Assembly (NCBI GenBank): GCA_017615095.1
Contig: JAGAAT010000022.1
Coordinates: forward strand, 1-35,929
Direction of reading: 5' to 3'
From: a bacterium
GTDB lineage: Bacteria; UBP6; UBA1177
Length of the DNA: 35,929 bases
The translations under genes and the position numbers were made by a program. Positions 1 through 10,400 of this stretch are shown here, piece by piece (position 1 is the stretch's first letter; every line of letters starts with the position of its first letter). The notes under the pieces are model-generated. The model was not told the DNA's origin. It did no database searches and saw nothing but the letters and a program-made list of their open reading frames with translations.

Positions 1-98
1 GATAAATTCACAGCCGTGCCGCCGCAAGCGGACAAAAGGCAGAAAGCAGCAAAAAAAACAACCGCACGAACTAAATTTTTCAAAGCACCTCTCCCGAA

Positions 99-2003
99 CT
101 AAAATTCAAAAACTATGCCGAATTCGAACCTGTGAACGCTCATATCGGAGAGATCGAAGCTCTTCGATTTGCCGAAATCATCTATCTTTTCAAAGCGGTA
201 ATCGACAAAAAGTGCCGTGTCGGTTATGCCTCCGTCAGCCATTTTCTTTGCCGAACTCGGGTCGATCCAGTTCAGCGAGACCTTGAGACCGACAGTACCG
301 TGGAAGCCGAAAGTACCGCCGCTCTGAGTGGTTTTCCCCTTGTCGCGGACCCACCATGTGAAGTAGTCCAGACCTACAGAAATGACCGGATAGAGCGGGA
401 AGGAGTAGACCGGGCGGAGCTTCGTCTCAGCCATCAGCGGTATAAAGTGCATCGTCGATCTGTCCTTGCTTTTCGTGCCGTCCGACTGGAGCGCCGTGCC
501 TTTGAAACGGGTGTAGCCGATACCGCCGACGAATGACCAGCGGATATAATTTTCGGCAACCGGAACTGCAAAACCGTAGGTCAGCGAAGGCAGATAGCGC
601 ATCTGCGAGCCGGCGACATCCCTGAAGGGCTGACCTTCACCGAACTCGGAGTCGATCTCCTTCGGATAGTAGAATGAGTTCGTGAATGAAAATTCGCCGT
701 GGACGCTGTGCTTCTTCGGCTTTGCCTGAAGGTCGTTCGCACCCAGTACGAGAGCTAAGAATATGAACATCACCGCAACCCCCCTCCTTTTCGGCTTGAG
801 AAGGATGAAGAGCATGAGTGCAAGCCAGAAAATACCGAAAATCCTGCCGGCCGGATCAGTGAGGAACCAGGCGACTGCGATGAGCGGCATCAGCACGGTC
901 CTGGAGAGAGACCTCAACAGCGGAGAGCCCTTGATTATCTCTGCCGGATAGGATCCGTATCTGTAGTAAGCGCCGATAAACGAACGCCCCAGAGCGAAGC
1001 TTGAAAGAAAGAAATCTCTGAAATTCCTGAGTAATTCTACCGCAGGATGGAAGTAGCTGCCGAAACACGCCGTTGCGACGAAACAGAAACCGCCGTCATC
1101 CTTTCCGCCCTTCGAGACGTAGTTGCTCCAAAAACCGAGAGTCGTTACAGCAGAGGCATCGACGCCGATAGTCGCGCTTTCATCAAAGTTGCCGGCAAGA
1201 TCTTCGGCGTAAACTTCGACTCTGTAAGCCTTGTCCGGATCGTTTTCATCGTTGTTGATGAAGGCGTAGCCGTCCTTGCTCTCGACCGTGAACTCCCAGA
1301 TCTTTGCATAAGAATCGGGATCCACCTCGGATTCGAACTTCAAAGTAGCCTCCTTTTCAGAGCCGTTGTGCTTAAAAGTTCCGGTGATCACAGCGTGGTA
1401 CCTGCCGACCGGATCTTTCGAGCTGCCGTCTGCCGTGCTCGGCGGAGCGACGCGGATCAGCATGGAGCCGTCACCGCCCTCGATCTCGATCGTTGACGGA
1501 GCCTTCGGCGGCATGTTGTCGAATGTTACAGAGAGGCTCTTCGAGACAGATGCCGGTTTGCTTGATGAGGAACCGGAGTCGTCGTCATCGTTATCCTCGT
1601 CATCGTCGTCCCCACCGGTACCGTCGAGCTTTACGACCAGATCGACCGAGTACTTGCCGTCGAGAGCCGACTTTTCATCGCTCTGGATATTTTTGTTCTT
1701 CTTCAGAGTGTTGTAAAAATCGAGCCCTGAAAGCTTTATCAGGTTGTTGACCGACGCAAAATCGGAATCGACTCCCGATGCCTCGACCGTATAGTCGCCG
1801 GCGTCCGTAGAAATGACCAGATAAGCCTTGTTGACGCTGTCAACGTCGGGCAGATCGTAGTAGATCTCAAGCTCGCCGTCGTAGTTGAGGTTCCCGTGTT
1901 TAGGCGAAACCGACACGTTTTTCAGCCAGTCCGATGTCGCCGCTTCAAGCTGCAAAACGGCGGCAAACACAGCAAAAATGAACAGAAAAAGCTTTTTATT
2001 CAT
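99..2003 (-). CDS. Secreted multidomain protein of unknown function: signal peptide, two beta-rich (Ig/FN3-like) regions, a CFI-box-like Cys motif with a hydrophobic anchor region, and a C-terminal outer-membrane beta-barrel-like domain
   Basis: 634-aa ORF. GGGAG lies 6 nt upstream of the ATG, which overlaps the asd stop (ATGCATGAATAA). N-terminal signal peptide MNKKLFLFIFAVFAAVLQLEAA. Acidic linker DDDDEDNDDDDSGSSSS. Motif GGFCFVATACFGSYFHPAVELLRNFRDFF is followed by hydrophobic segments and KPKRRG. The last ~205 aa have amphipathic beta-strand patterning and end in FEFGIVFEF; a terminal Phe is typical of OM barrels. Confidence 0.75.
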   Translation of the reverse strand: MNKKLFLFIFAVFAAVLQLEAATSDWLKNVSVSPKHGNLNYDGELEIYYDLPDVDSVNKAYLVISTDAGDYTVEASGVDSDFASVNNLIKLSGLDFYNTLKKNKNIQSDEKSALDGKYSVDLVVKLDGTGGDDDDEDNDDDDSGSSSSKPASVSKSLSVTFDNMPPKAPSTIEIEGGDGSMLIRVAPPSTADGSSKDPVGRYHAVITGTFKHNGSEKEATLKFESEVDPDSYAKIWEFTVESKDGYAFINNDENDPDKAYRVEVYAEDLAGNFDESATIGVDASAVTTLGFWSNYVSKGGKDDGGFCFVATACFGSYFHPAVELLRNFRDFFLSSFALGRSFIGAYYRYGSYPAEIIKGSPLLRSLSRTVLMPLIAVAWFLTDPAGRIFGIFWLALMLFILLKPKRRGVAVMFIFLALVLGANDLQAKPKKHSVHGEFSFTNSFYYPKEIDSEFGEGQPFRDVAGSQMRYLPSLTYGFAVPVAENYIRWSFVGGIGYTRFKGTALQSDGTKSKDRSTMHFIPLMAETKLRPVYSFPLYPVISVGLDYFTWWVRDKGKTTQSGGTFGFHGTVGLKVSLNWIDPSSAKKMADGGITDTALFVDYRFEKIDDFGKSKSFDLSDMSVHRFEFGIVFEF

Positions 2004-3018
2004 GCATATCTCCCATAATTGTCTCGGCGATCCTCACCGCATTGTAGGCGGCCCCCTTTCTGACGTTGTCGGCTACGACCCACGCCGAAAGGCGGTTCTT
2101 TCCTTCGCGGTTCACACGGAGCCTTCCGATAAACACCTCGTCTTTGCCCGATGAATCGACAAGCGTCGGATAGAGCATCTCCTCGATGTCATCCATGAGT
2201 ATCATCTCTTCGCTGTCATCGATTTTTTCACGCAGAGCAGCAAGGTCGCAACTCTTTTTGAGCTCGATCCAGACGGATTCGGCGTGAGAATAAAATGTCG
2301 GGACACGGACCGTCGTAACGTCGATATCCAGTTCAGGTTTTCCAAGTATCTTGCGGGATTCATTGATCATTTTGACCTCTTCCTCGCAGTATCCGTCCTC
2401 AAAGAACGGTCCGATCTGCGGGATCAGGTTGAAGGCGATCCGCTGCAGAAAGACCTCCGGCTTGACGTTCCTGCCGTTGAAAAGCGATGTCACCTGGTTG
2501 TGGAGCTCTTCGATACCCTTTTTGCCGGCGCCGCTGACGCTCTGATAGGTGCTGACGACGACCTTTTCGATGCCGAAAAGCTCATCGACTATCTTCAGGA
2601 ACGGAACCAGCTGGATCGTCGAACAGTTCGGGTTGGCGATGATCTTCGACTTGCAGTTTTTCAAAACGGAGCCGTTGACCTCCGGCACGACGAGCGGGAT
2701 CTCAGGATCCATCCTGAAGGCGGAACTGTTGTCAACGACGACCGCGCCGCACTCAGCGAAGAGTTTTGCCCACTCGAGCGCCAGCCCTGCGCCGATACTG
2801 AAGAGCGCAAGATCGATCTTCCTCTTGCGGACCTCCTCCTCTTTAAGAACTATGACATCGATCTCTTTATGATTGTAAGTTATTGATTCTCCCAACGAAT
2901 TTTCGCTGGCAAAAGGATAAAGCTCGTTGATCGGGAAGTTCCTCTCCTCAAGGATCGAGATGAATTCTTCGCCCACGAGCCCTGTTGCTCCGACTATCGC
3001 GACATTCAAAGGTTTCAT
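1996..3018 (-). CDS. asd: Aspartate-semialdehyde dehydrogenase
   Basis: Rossmann N-terminus MKPLNVAIVGATGLVGEEF, active-site region IIANPNCSTIQLV, and overall length all fit Asd. I chose the second ATG (3018) because GGAGGG sits just upstream of it. The ORF-track start at 3030 has no SD. Confidence 0.94.
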   Translation of the reverse strand: MKPLNVAIVGATGLVGEEFISILEERNFPINELYPFASENSLGESITYNHKEIDVIVLKEEEVRKRKIDLALFSIGAGLALEWAKLFAECGAVVVDNSSAFRMDPEIPLVVPEVNGSVLKNCKSKIIANPNCSTIQLVPFLKIVDELFGIEKVVVSTYQSVSGAGKKGIEELHNQVTSLFNGRNVKPEVFLQRIAFNLIPQIGPFFEDGYCEEEVKMINESRKILGKPELDIDVTTVRVPTFYSHAESVWIELKKSCDLAALREKIDDSEEMILMDDIEEMLYPTLVDSSGKDEVFIGRLRVNREGKNRLSAWVVADNVRKGAAYNAVRIAETIMGDMHE

Positions 3019-3155
3019 TTTTCCCTCCATAAAATTGCGTTACACTATAGAAAAATATTAAAAAAACAATTAGGTATAGACTAAAAATGGACAATTTTTT
3101 TACATTGTTGTAAAAGAGGGCGTTTTTTGGCTGTAAAAATATTTCGGAGGATAAA

Positions 3156-3551
3156 ATGAGCGAAAAAATCAGAGTTCTTATTGCAAAACCGGGACTTGAC
3201 GGTCACGACAGAGGTGCAAAATTCGTAGCGAGAGCGTTGAGAGACGCCGGAATGGAGGTCATTTATACAGGTCTGAGACAGACTCCCGAAGCTATCGCCA
3301 ATGCAGCGATCCAGGAAGACGTCGATGCAGTCGGTCTTTCGATCCTGAGCGGAGCGCACAACACCCTTCTCCCCAAAGTCGTTGAGATCCTCAAAGAAAA
3401 ACATGCAGAAGATATAGTCGTTTTCGGCGGCGGCGTTATCCCCGAGAGCGATATCCCCTTCCTCAAGGAACACGGGATCCAGGCTGTCTTCACACCCGGC
3501 ACAAAATCCGAGGACATCATTTCATTCGTTCAGAGCGTAGTCCACAAATAA
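3156..3551 (+). CDS. Cobalamin (B12)-binding domain protein, resembling the small subunit / C-terminal domain of methylmalonyl-CoA mutase
   Basis: 131 aa. Contains [40 protein letters not shown] with the DxHxxG B12-binding signature (DGHDRG), and later GLSILSGAH and [15 protein letters not shown] lies upstream of the ATG. Confidence 0.9.
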   Translation: MSEKIRVLIAKPGLDGHDRGAKFVARALRDAGMEVIYTGLRQTPEAIANAAIQEDVDAVGLSILSGAHNTLLPKVVEILKEKHAEDIVVFGGGVIPESDIPFLKEHGIQAVFTPGTKSEDIISFVQSVVHK

Positions 3552-3604
3552 ACCGATAGTAAAAACAAATAGTTAAAACAAAACCAGATTAAACCGGACG
3601 GCTG

Positions 3605-5269
3605 TTAATACTTCTTGCCGGAGAGGACCTCTGCGATGTTCCTGTTTTCGGAGCTCATCACGTTGAGGTTGTTGAGGACATCTGAGAATGGGATCGCCGT
3701 CGAACCGTCGCAGATCCTGTCGTTGATCCGCTGGAAATGGCCGTCCTTCGCCTCATTGATTTCGTCCTTGATCCTGATTCTGATGTGGAGGGCCTCGTCA
3801 GCATACGCGGTGTAGCGTTCGTCGCTCTTGAAGATCTCGATCGACTTCTCGAAGTGGGCTATGTTCTCCTCAAGGATGCGGTTGATGTCGCCGCGGGCGA
3901 TATCCGAGAAGGACATGTTGTTCTTTTTCAGTTTGCCGATGATGGAGCCGATGTGGTCAACGCAGTCGCCGACCTTTTCGAAGTTGTGGGCAAGACCGAT
4001 GTAGCTTGCGACCTTCCTCGCGTCGCTCGGAGAGAGCGATTTGGATGAGATCTTCAACAGCAGCTGGGTGATATTGTACTGATATTTGTCGATGATATCC
4101 TCGTTCCTGACGATTTTTCCGCAGATTTCGTCGACCTGTTCAGGATCCTTCAGAGACATGTCGCGGAGCATGTGGAGGCTCTCGATGACGTAACCGCTCA
4201 TCTTCAGAAGGAGGTCTTCCGACTCAAGGATCCCGAGTGCCGGAGTATCGAAAAGACCAGCCTTGTTGGCGATGAATGTATCGGGGACTTCTACCTTTTC
4301 CACAACTTTGCCTTCCGGAATGACCTTCGTCACGAACTTGGCGAGAAGCGGCAGGAGCGGCATGAAGATCAACGCGTTGATGACGTTGTAGACGGTGTGT
4401 CCAGTCGCAACGTGAGCCATAATGTTGCTTTCGGGGGTCCCTGGAGCTATGAAATTGACAAGATCCCTGAAGGGACGGAAGAAGATCAGCATTATCATAA
4501 CGCCGCAGGTCTGAAAGGTTATCTGACCCAGCGCGTCGCGTTTTGAATCGACGACTCCGCCGACAGACGCCAGCGCACCCGTAGAGGTCGCTCCGATGTT
4601 GCTGCCCAGGACGACCGCAAGAGCACCGTCGAAGTTGATGAGCCCCTGGCTGGCGAGTGCGATGAGTATACCGACGATGGCACTGCTCGACTGAGCGATG
4701 ACCGTCGCGACTATGCCGACAAAGACACCAAGAAAGATCGAAGAGTATGTCGTTCCGTCGATGCTTTCAAAAAGAGCAAGGAATGTCGGGTTTGTCTTTA
4801 GCGGTCCGAAGCCCAGCTTCATCGTGCTCATACCTAGAAAAAGTATACCGAAACCATAAATGATTTCGCCGACATACTGCCATGTTCTGTTGCGGGAAAA
4901 GAGTCTCATAAGGACTCCGATTCCGATGATCGGAAGCGAGAGCATCGCTATATCGAGCGTCACGATCCAGCCTGTGACAGTGGTCCCGATACAGGCTCCG
5001 AGCGCAACCGGCAGAGACTGCTGGAGCGTCATCAGACCCGCGTTGATAAAACCTTTGGTCATAACCGCCGTAGCGCCGCTAGACTGGATGATCCCTGTCA
5101 CGACTATACCTACAAAGAGGGCCACGAAACGATTTTTAGTGAGGATCCTTAGAATTTTTCTGAGTCTTTCACCGGCCGCCTTCTGCATACTTTCGCTCAT
5201 TACTTTCATGCCCATGAGGAAAAGACCGAGACCGCCGATAGTGTGGAATATTACCGTTTTCCAGTCCAT
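3605..5269 (-). CDS. Na+/phosphate cotransporter family protein with a C-terminal PhoU-like region
   Basis: Duplicated QSS(G/S)A motifs (IIQSSGATAVM and IAQSSSAIVGI) and GSNIGATSTG/GACIGTTVTG are typical of the Na/Pi cotransporter II-related family. The C-terminal third is helical and soluble. The ATG at 5269 is preferred over the TTG at 5272. Confidence 0.88.
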   Translation of the reverse strand: MDWKTVIFHTIGGLGLFLMGMKVMSESMQKAAGERLRKILRILTKNRFVALFVGIVVTGIIQSSGATAVMTKGFINAGLMTLQQSLPVALGACIGTTVTGWIVTLDIAMLSLPIIGIGVLMRLFSRNRTWQYVGEIIYGFGILFLGMSTMKLGFGPLKTNPTFLALFESIDGTTYSSIFLGVFVGIVATVIAQSSSAIVGILIALASQGLINFDGALAVVLGSNIGATSTGALASVGGVVDSKRDALGQITFQTCGVMIMLIFFRPFRDLVNFIAPGTPESNIMAHVATGHTVYNVINALIFMPLLPLLAKFVTKVIPEGKVVEKVEVPDTFIANKAGLFDTPALGILESEDLLLKMSGYVIESLHMLRDMSLKDPEQVDEICGKIVRNEDIIDKYQYNITQLLLKISSKSLSPSDARKVASYIGLAHNFEKVGDCVDHIGSIIGKLKKNNMSFSDIARGDINRILEENIAHFEKSIEIFKSDERYTAYADEALHIRIRIKDEINEAKDGHFQRINDRICDGSTAIPFSDVLNNLNVMSSENRNIAEVLSGKKY

Positions 5270-5353
5270 CAAAAACCTTTTAACCTGTTATCAATTTATC
5301 AATACAACCTGGAACAAACAAACGATTGAAATTACTTCAAAAAAAACTTTCTA

Positions 5354-5785
5354 TTACTTTTTAACGCAACTGGATTTTATTGTGTACACGAATAAAATCA
5401 AGAGCAAAATATTTAAATTGTAAAAGGCTGCCGTCATCCTGAAAATCGTGAAGCGATAGGTAAAAAAGAGATGAAAAACCAATAAAATGTAGAGTGATGT
5501 CGCGACACCGAGCATAGCGCCGCCGATCACCAAAAGCTTACGGAGATTCGGTGATCTCTCCGCCTGAAGCCCCATGATTATCAAAAAAAAGGAGTTTATG
5601 GAGAAAAACAGATCGGGAAACGATCCGATAGTCGGCAGAAGGACCGGCATATCCCGAAGATAGAGCCAGAGAACGGTATCGAAAACAAAGCCCGCAACAG
5701 CGGTCACAAGCATCACGCGATTTAAACCTATAAGTGAATCTATCCGCTCAGCCAGGCTATCAAGGAATTTCACAGCCAACTCCAC
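5354..5785 (-). CDS. Small integral membrane protein, about 4 TM segments, function unknown
   Basis: The ORF has four hydrophobic segments and I recognise no family. The start is uncertain. GTG at 5785 is the ORF-track start. GTG at 5773 has GGAG 6 nt upstream and forms a GTGA overlap with the stop of the AEC gene. Confidence 0.5.
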   Translation of the reverse strand: MELAVKFLDSLAERIDSLIGLNRVMLVTAVAGFVFDTVLWLYLRDMPVLLPTIGSFPDLFFSINSFFLIIMGLQAERSPNLRKLLVIGGAMLGVATSLYILLVFHLFFTYRFTIFRMTAAFYNLNILLLILFVYTIKSSCVKK

Positions 5786-6729
5786 TTTTCAATCAGAGTG
5801 TACCAGATTGGCAGCGTAACCAGCGCAAAAAGCGTCGATGCGGTGATGATCCCGCTCACGACCTCCCTGTCCGAGTCTATAAAATCGGCAAAAAGGGGCG
5901 AAGTCGCCGCCGTCGGCATGACTGATTCCATGAGAACGACCTTTTTCGTAGTAGTATCGACACCCGGGAAGAGCGCCGTAACGACAGCAACCGCTATCAC
6001 GCCGACAACGATGCCGAAAACCGTCCGGACAAGCGTCCCGAGGGCTATCGGCTTTACCATTTCTCTGTCGATCATCAGTGAAAACGAGAGCCCGACCGTG
6101 AACAAAATCGACGGGATCGTGATCCCTGCGAATGATTCGATGCTCTTCGTGAGCCAGAGCGGGAGCCTGACTCCGGCATAGTTCAGAAGCATTGCTGAAA
6201 GCGCGGAAACCACGGGCGGGAGTGCGTTCGAGCGGAGTGCCGACAGGATCTTTCCGCGTGAACTCCTGTCCGTAGGTCTTCCCGACAGGAAGTAGATCAT
6301 CGTGAAGCCCGTCATCAGTACGACCGGCCAGAAGAACATCGAGAAAAAGACACCTCTCGTGAAGCCCTGTTCGCCGTAGAAATAGAAGAGCACGCCCCAG
6401 CCCAAGTAGCTGTAATTACCGACGAAACTGCCGATACAAAAGCTGTTTGAAACGAGCGGGTCATCCGACGAAAGCCTCCTGATCAGATAGACGAAAACCG
6501 TAGTCAGGGTCAGGATCAGGACTAGCGAAGTTATCGACGGGAGCATCTGTCCGAACTCGGAGACATCCGCATTGTAGAGGTTGCGGAAAATCAGAAACGG
6601 AACGCTGACCTTGATGACGAACCTGCGCAAAACGGCGACGTCGCGGTCGGGAAAGAGCCTGAGCTGCTTGAAGATCCAGCCCAGGATTATCGGAAAGTTG
6701 ATGACCGCAACGAGCTCGAAGAGATTCAT
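5770..6729 (-). CDS. AEC (auxin efflux carrier) family transporter
   Basis: 319 aa with about 10 TM segments. N-terminus MNLFELVAVINFPIILGWIFKQLRLF...VSVPFLIFRNL fits the Mem_trans/AEC family pattern. Confidence 0.82.
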   Translation of the reverse strand: MNLFELVAVINFPIILGWIFKQLRLFPDRDVAVLRRFVIKVSVPFLIFRNLYNADVSEFGQMLPSITSLVLILTLTTVFVYLIRRLSSDDPLVSNSFCIGSFVGNYSYLGWGVLFYFYGEQGFTRGVFFSMFFWPVVLMTGFTMIYFLSGRPTDRSSRGKILSALRSNALPPVVSALSAMLLNYAGVRLPLWLTKSIESFAGITIPSILFTVGLSFSLMIDREMVKPIALGTLVRTVFGIVVGVIAVAVVTALFPGVDTTTKKVVLMESVMPTAATSPLFADFIDSDREVVSGIITASTLFALVTLPIWYTLIEKWSWL

Positions 6730-6744
6730 CGGGTGCCTCGAAAA

Positions 6745-7434
6745 CTAGATTTCCGAGAGGATATCCAGAAATGCCTGACGGCGGTCCGGAGCGGCCGTGA
6801 CCGGTCTCCCGATGACCAGAAAATCTGCGCCTGCCGCTATCGCATCGTGAGGAGTCGCGATCCTGGTCTGGTCGTTCACCGCCGCGCTCTTCGGACGGAT
6901 GCCGGGAGTGAGAATTTTGAAATCCCTGCCGCAGGTTTCGCGGATGAGGGATATCTCAAGCGGGCTCGCGACAACTCCGTCCATGCCGGAAGCCTTGGCG
7001 AGGAGGGCAAGACGCGCCACCTGATCGCGTGCCGGAGCATCGACCCCGACTTCACGCAGGTCGTCATCCCCCATGCTGGTGAGAACTGTGACTGCAAGCA
7101 CCATCGGCGGGTTTGAAAGCTTGTCCATTTCATTCCTGACAGCTTCCATCATTTTTCTGCCGCCCGATGCGTGGACGTTGAAGATCCTGACGCCGAGAGA
7201 CGCCGCCGCAAGCCCCGCCTTTGCGACTGTATTCGGGATATCGTGGTATTTGAGATCCAAAAATACATCCTCGCCCATGCCGACGATTTTCCTGACAAGA
7301 TCAGGACCGGCAGATGTAAAGAGCTGCTTTCCGACCTTGAAGCAGGCGTTCAGACCGTGAAGATCGCCGACTATTTCAAGAGCCTGGGCCTCTGTATCGA
7401 CGTCGAGCGCAACGAAAATTTTAGACTTCATCAT
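6745..7434 (-). CDS. pyrF: Orotidine 5'-phosphate decarboxylase
   Basis: KIFVALDV, FKVGKQLF, FLDLKYHDIPNTV and the C-terminal DFLVIGRPV are classic PyrF motifs. GAGGAG lies directly upstream. Two adjacent ATGs (7434 and 7431) are possible starts. Confidence 0.93.
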   Translation of the reverse strand: MMKSKIFVALDVDTEAQALEIVGDLHGLNACFKVGKQLFTSAGPDLVRKIVGMGEDVFLDLKYHDIPNTVAKAGLAAASLGVRIFNVHASGGRKMMEAVRNEMDKLSNPPMVLAVTVLTSMGDDDLREVGVDAPARDQVARLALLAKASGMDGVVASPLEISLIRETCGRDFKILTPGIRPKSAAVNDQTRIATPHDAIAAGADFLVIGRPVTAAPDRRQAFLDILSEI

Positions 7435-7438
7435 CTCC

Positions 7439-10400
7439 TCACTTTCCGATCACAAGGCTGCCGTTTGCCGGTATCGTGACCTGACCGTTCTGAACGTTGA
7501 CGGTGCCGCCTTCGAAACTCGTGAAGGTGCCGCTGACGCCGCAGCTGCCGGTGTAGGAGCTTCCGCCCTTGTTGATGCCGGCGATAACGACATCGCCGTT
7601 ATATTCGAACTTGTAGAGCCATACGTTGCTGTCGGAGTGGCAGGTCGTCCTCGTCGAATGACGGAGTGCTGGGTGCAGCTTTCTGAATTTGCCGAGCTTT
7701 TTGACGTGGTCGAGCGCAGCCTGTTCGTCGCCGGAAAGCCCCGTAAACTTCATGACAGTACGTCTGCCGCCGTCGAAGCCGTTTTCAGCCTTGCCGTAGG
7801 TACCGATATCGTCGCCCTGATAGAGCATCGGGATGTTGATCGGCGAAGTGAGAAGCAGGGTCTGAGCATGTTTCAGCTTGTTGTAGTCGCCGTTGCAGTA
7901 GGTAAGCGCACGGTCCTGATCGTGGTTGCCGAAGAAGTTGCCCATTACGGCTCCCGGATAACCGCCGCCGTTGCCGCCGACACTCTGGTAGGTCGTATCG
8001 AGGTTGATCGCCCGCGATGCCAGGTCGGCGTAGTTGCCTCCGTAGAAAATATTGTCACGGACATTGTAGAAATACTGGTCGCTGACCTGTCCCTGGACCA
8101 TGTTCGGTCTCGTGTGGTAGCGGGGCCAGTCGCCGCCGAGAGATTCGCCGACGGTGTAGAAAACTTCTGCCTCATCAGGCATATCGTGGTTTTCGACTGT
8201 CGTCTCGATCCTGTTTTTGATAGCCGTTCTGAGCTCGATTATGAAGATATCGTCCATGTGCTTGAGGGCGTCTGCACGGAAGCCGTCAAGGTTGAAATTC
8301 TGGATGAGCCAGATCGCATGGTCGATAACGGTCTTGCGGGCATCAGGATTCGAACCGTAGTTGAAATCCGGCATGTAGGGCGTGAACCAGCAGTCGATCC
8401 TGTGGTCTTCCCAGTTGTTGCCGTCGGCGCAGGCTACCTGCGGATAGAACCAGCCGTCGTCCTTGTGCAGCTGATAGAGTTTCGCATCGCTGTGGACGTG
8501 GTTAGCCGCGAAATCGGGAACGACCCTGATACCGCGCTCGTGAGCCTTCTCGACAAGCTCGTGGAGCTCAGCTGCCGTACCGAACGCAGTGTCGATGCCC
8601 TCGTTTTCGTAGCCGAGATCGTCATCGAAATTCACGCCTGTCGCAACCGGATGGTATGCGTGGTAGCTCGTGAAGTAGACATCGTTCTGGCTTGAGGAGG
8701 TACCGCCTTTGCTCTCATGGTGCGGGTTGAGTATCGGAGAGCTTATCCAGAGCGCATTCACCCCCATATCGGTGAAGTAGCCTTCTTCGATTTTTTTGAT
8801 TATCCCTCTGAAATCGCCGCCCTTCCACTTTTCGAGATCCTGCGTCACATGCGGGAATTCGCTTGCCGGTACATTGTTGCCGGTATTGCCGTCAAGAAAA
8901 CGGTCAGTCATGATCTGGTAGATGAATGCGTCGCGCCATCCGAAACCGGCGAAATCGACACCGTCGCCTACCCAGACCGGAACGAAGAAGGGCTCGATCT
9001 TGTTGCCGGAAGTATCGACAAGGCGGAAGAGCCAGCTGTACTTGTTAGGTGAAAGCGAAGTCTCATTGATGACGAAACGGCTCGTCTCCTCGTCGTAGAG
9101 GCTTTCCGCGTCCTGGACTTCGTTGTTCATCGTGACCTTCGAAGCTGCAAAATCTATCGGAGCCGCGCCTCTGTAAACAAGTTCGAAATGCAGTGAATCC
9201 GAAGTCTTGGAGTAATTTTCAAGTTCCAGCAGGACCTTCGGGAGAGAGTTGACTGTCGCCTTTCCGGGGTGGTTCGACGCCGAAGTTATGAAGTTCGGAC
9301 CGGGATTGTCGCCTTCGACACCTTTGTCGCAGTACCACCAGGTCGCACCGCCGTCAAGCGAAAATCTGAAAATGTAGATGAAGTTTCCTGCCTTATCGGT
9401 CGGGAAATCTGCCATATATTCGTGGTTGTTGTCACCCGAGTGACCGGAGTTGAAGTCAGCATCGACTTTATTCCAGGTCCCTGCGATAACCGGATATTCC
9501 GCACTGCCGGTCCCCTCTTTGTAGAGCAGTTGAGCCTTCCATTCCGCATGTTGGGGAACTCCTGAACCGGTCTGACCGTCCACCCAGATCTGACCGTATA
9601 CCTTATCGGGATCGTCGCCTTTCATTTTCGTGATCGAGTAGGGCCACTGAACACCGATCCAGCCTGGTTTCTGCGAAGTTATGGCAACACACGAGGTATT
9701 GCTGTCGTAGAATCCGTCCGGGCAGTTGCAGACCGCGCTGCCGCTTTCGACCGTGCAGACGCCGCTGTTTCCGCAGTTCACACCCGCGCAGAGATCTTCA
9801 CGGCAGGCATGTTCAACGATATCGCATGTTTCGCCGCTTCCGCAGTCGGTTTTTACGACGCAGCGCCCCTCAGCAAGCTGACAGTCGCCCTCAGAGCAGG
9901 ATTCCCACTCCTCGCACTCGACATCACGGCAGAGATCAGGAACGCAGTTGAGACCATCCTCGATGTAGCCGTCGTAGCAGTCGCACTTCGCCTCATCGTT
10001 GTCGACTACGCATTTGCCGTAACCGCCGCAGTTCACGCCGTTGCATGGACCCTCTTCACCGGTATCAGTGCCGGTGTCTCCGCCGGGTCCGGTATTTCCG
10101 GTGTCTTCACTGACGCATGTCGGATCGTCATTCTCGAACTTCTCGATGTATCCGGGTTCGCAGTTGCAGTGAAGTCCGCTCTGATAGCCGCTTCCGCTGC
10201 CGTATCCGCTGCCTGCCGCCGCGCCCTCGACACACTCGCCGTGACCGCCGCAGTCGATAAGTTTACACGCTGCCACGCATTTGTGCTCGTCTGTATCGCA
10301 TCTTTGCGTTCCGCTACAGTCTTTATCTTCGTTGCAGTTGCCCGGCAGAGGTCTGCATTCTCCGTTTCTGCACTCCTCCCAGTCGTCACATTCGACTCCG

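Noticed and set aside
1-102. Plus-strand frame open from the window edge to TAA at 100-102 (…KRQKAAKKTTARTKFFKAPLPN), a possible end of an upstream convergent gene.
   Set aside because: Only 33 codons are open, with a chance expectation of about 20%. The stretch is A-rich and looks non-coding, and it has no recognisable motif. I cannot support it as a feature.
3031-3155. Possible cobalamin riboswitch upstream of the B12-binding-domain gene.
   Set aside because: Only 125 nt are shared with the divergent asd promoter. The region is very AT-rich and has no B12-box-like element. It is too short for a cobalamin riboswitch.
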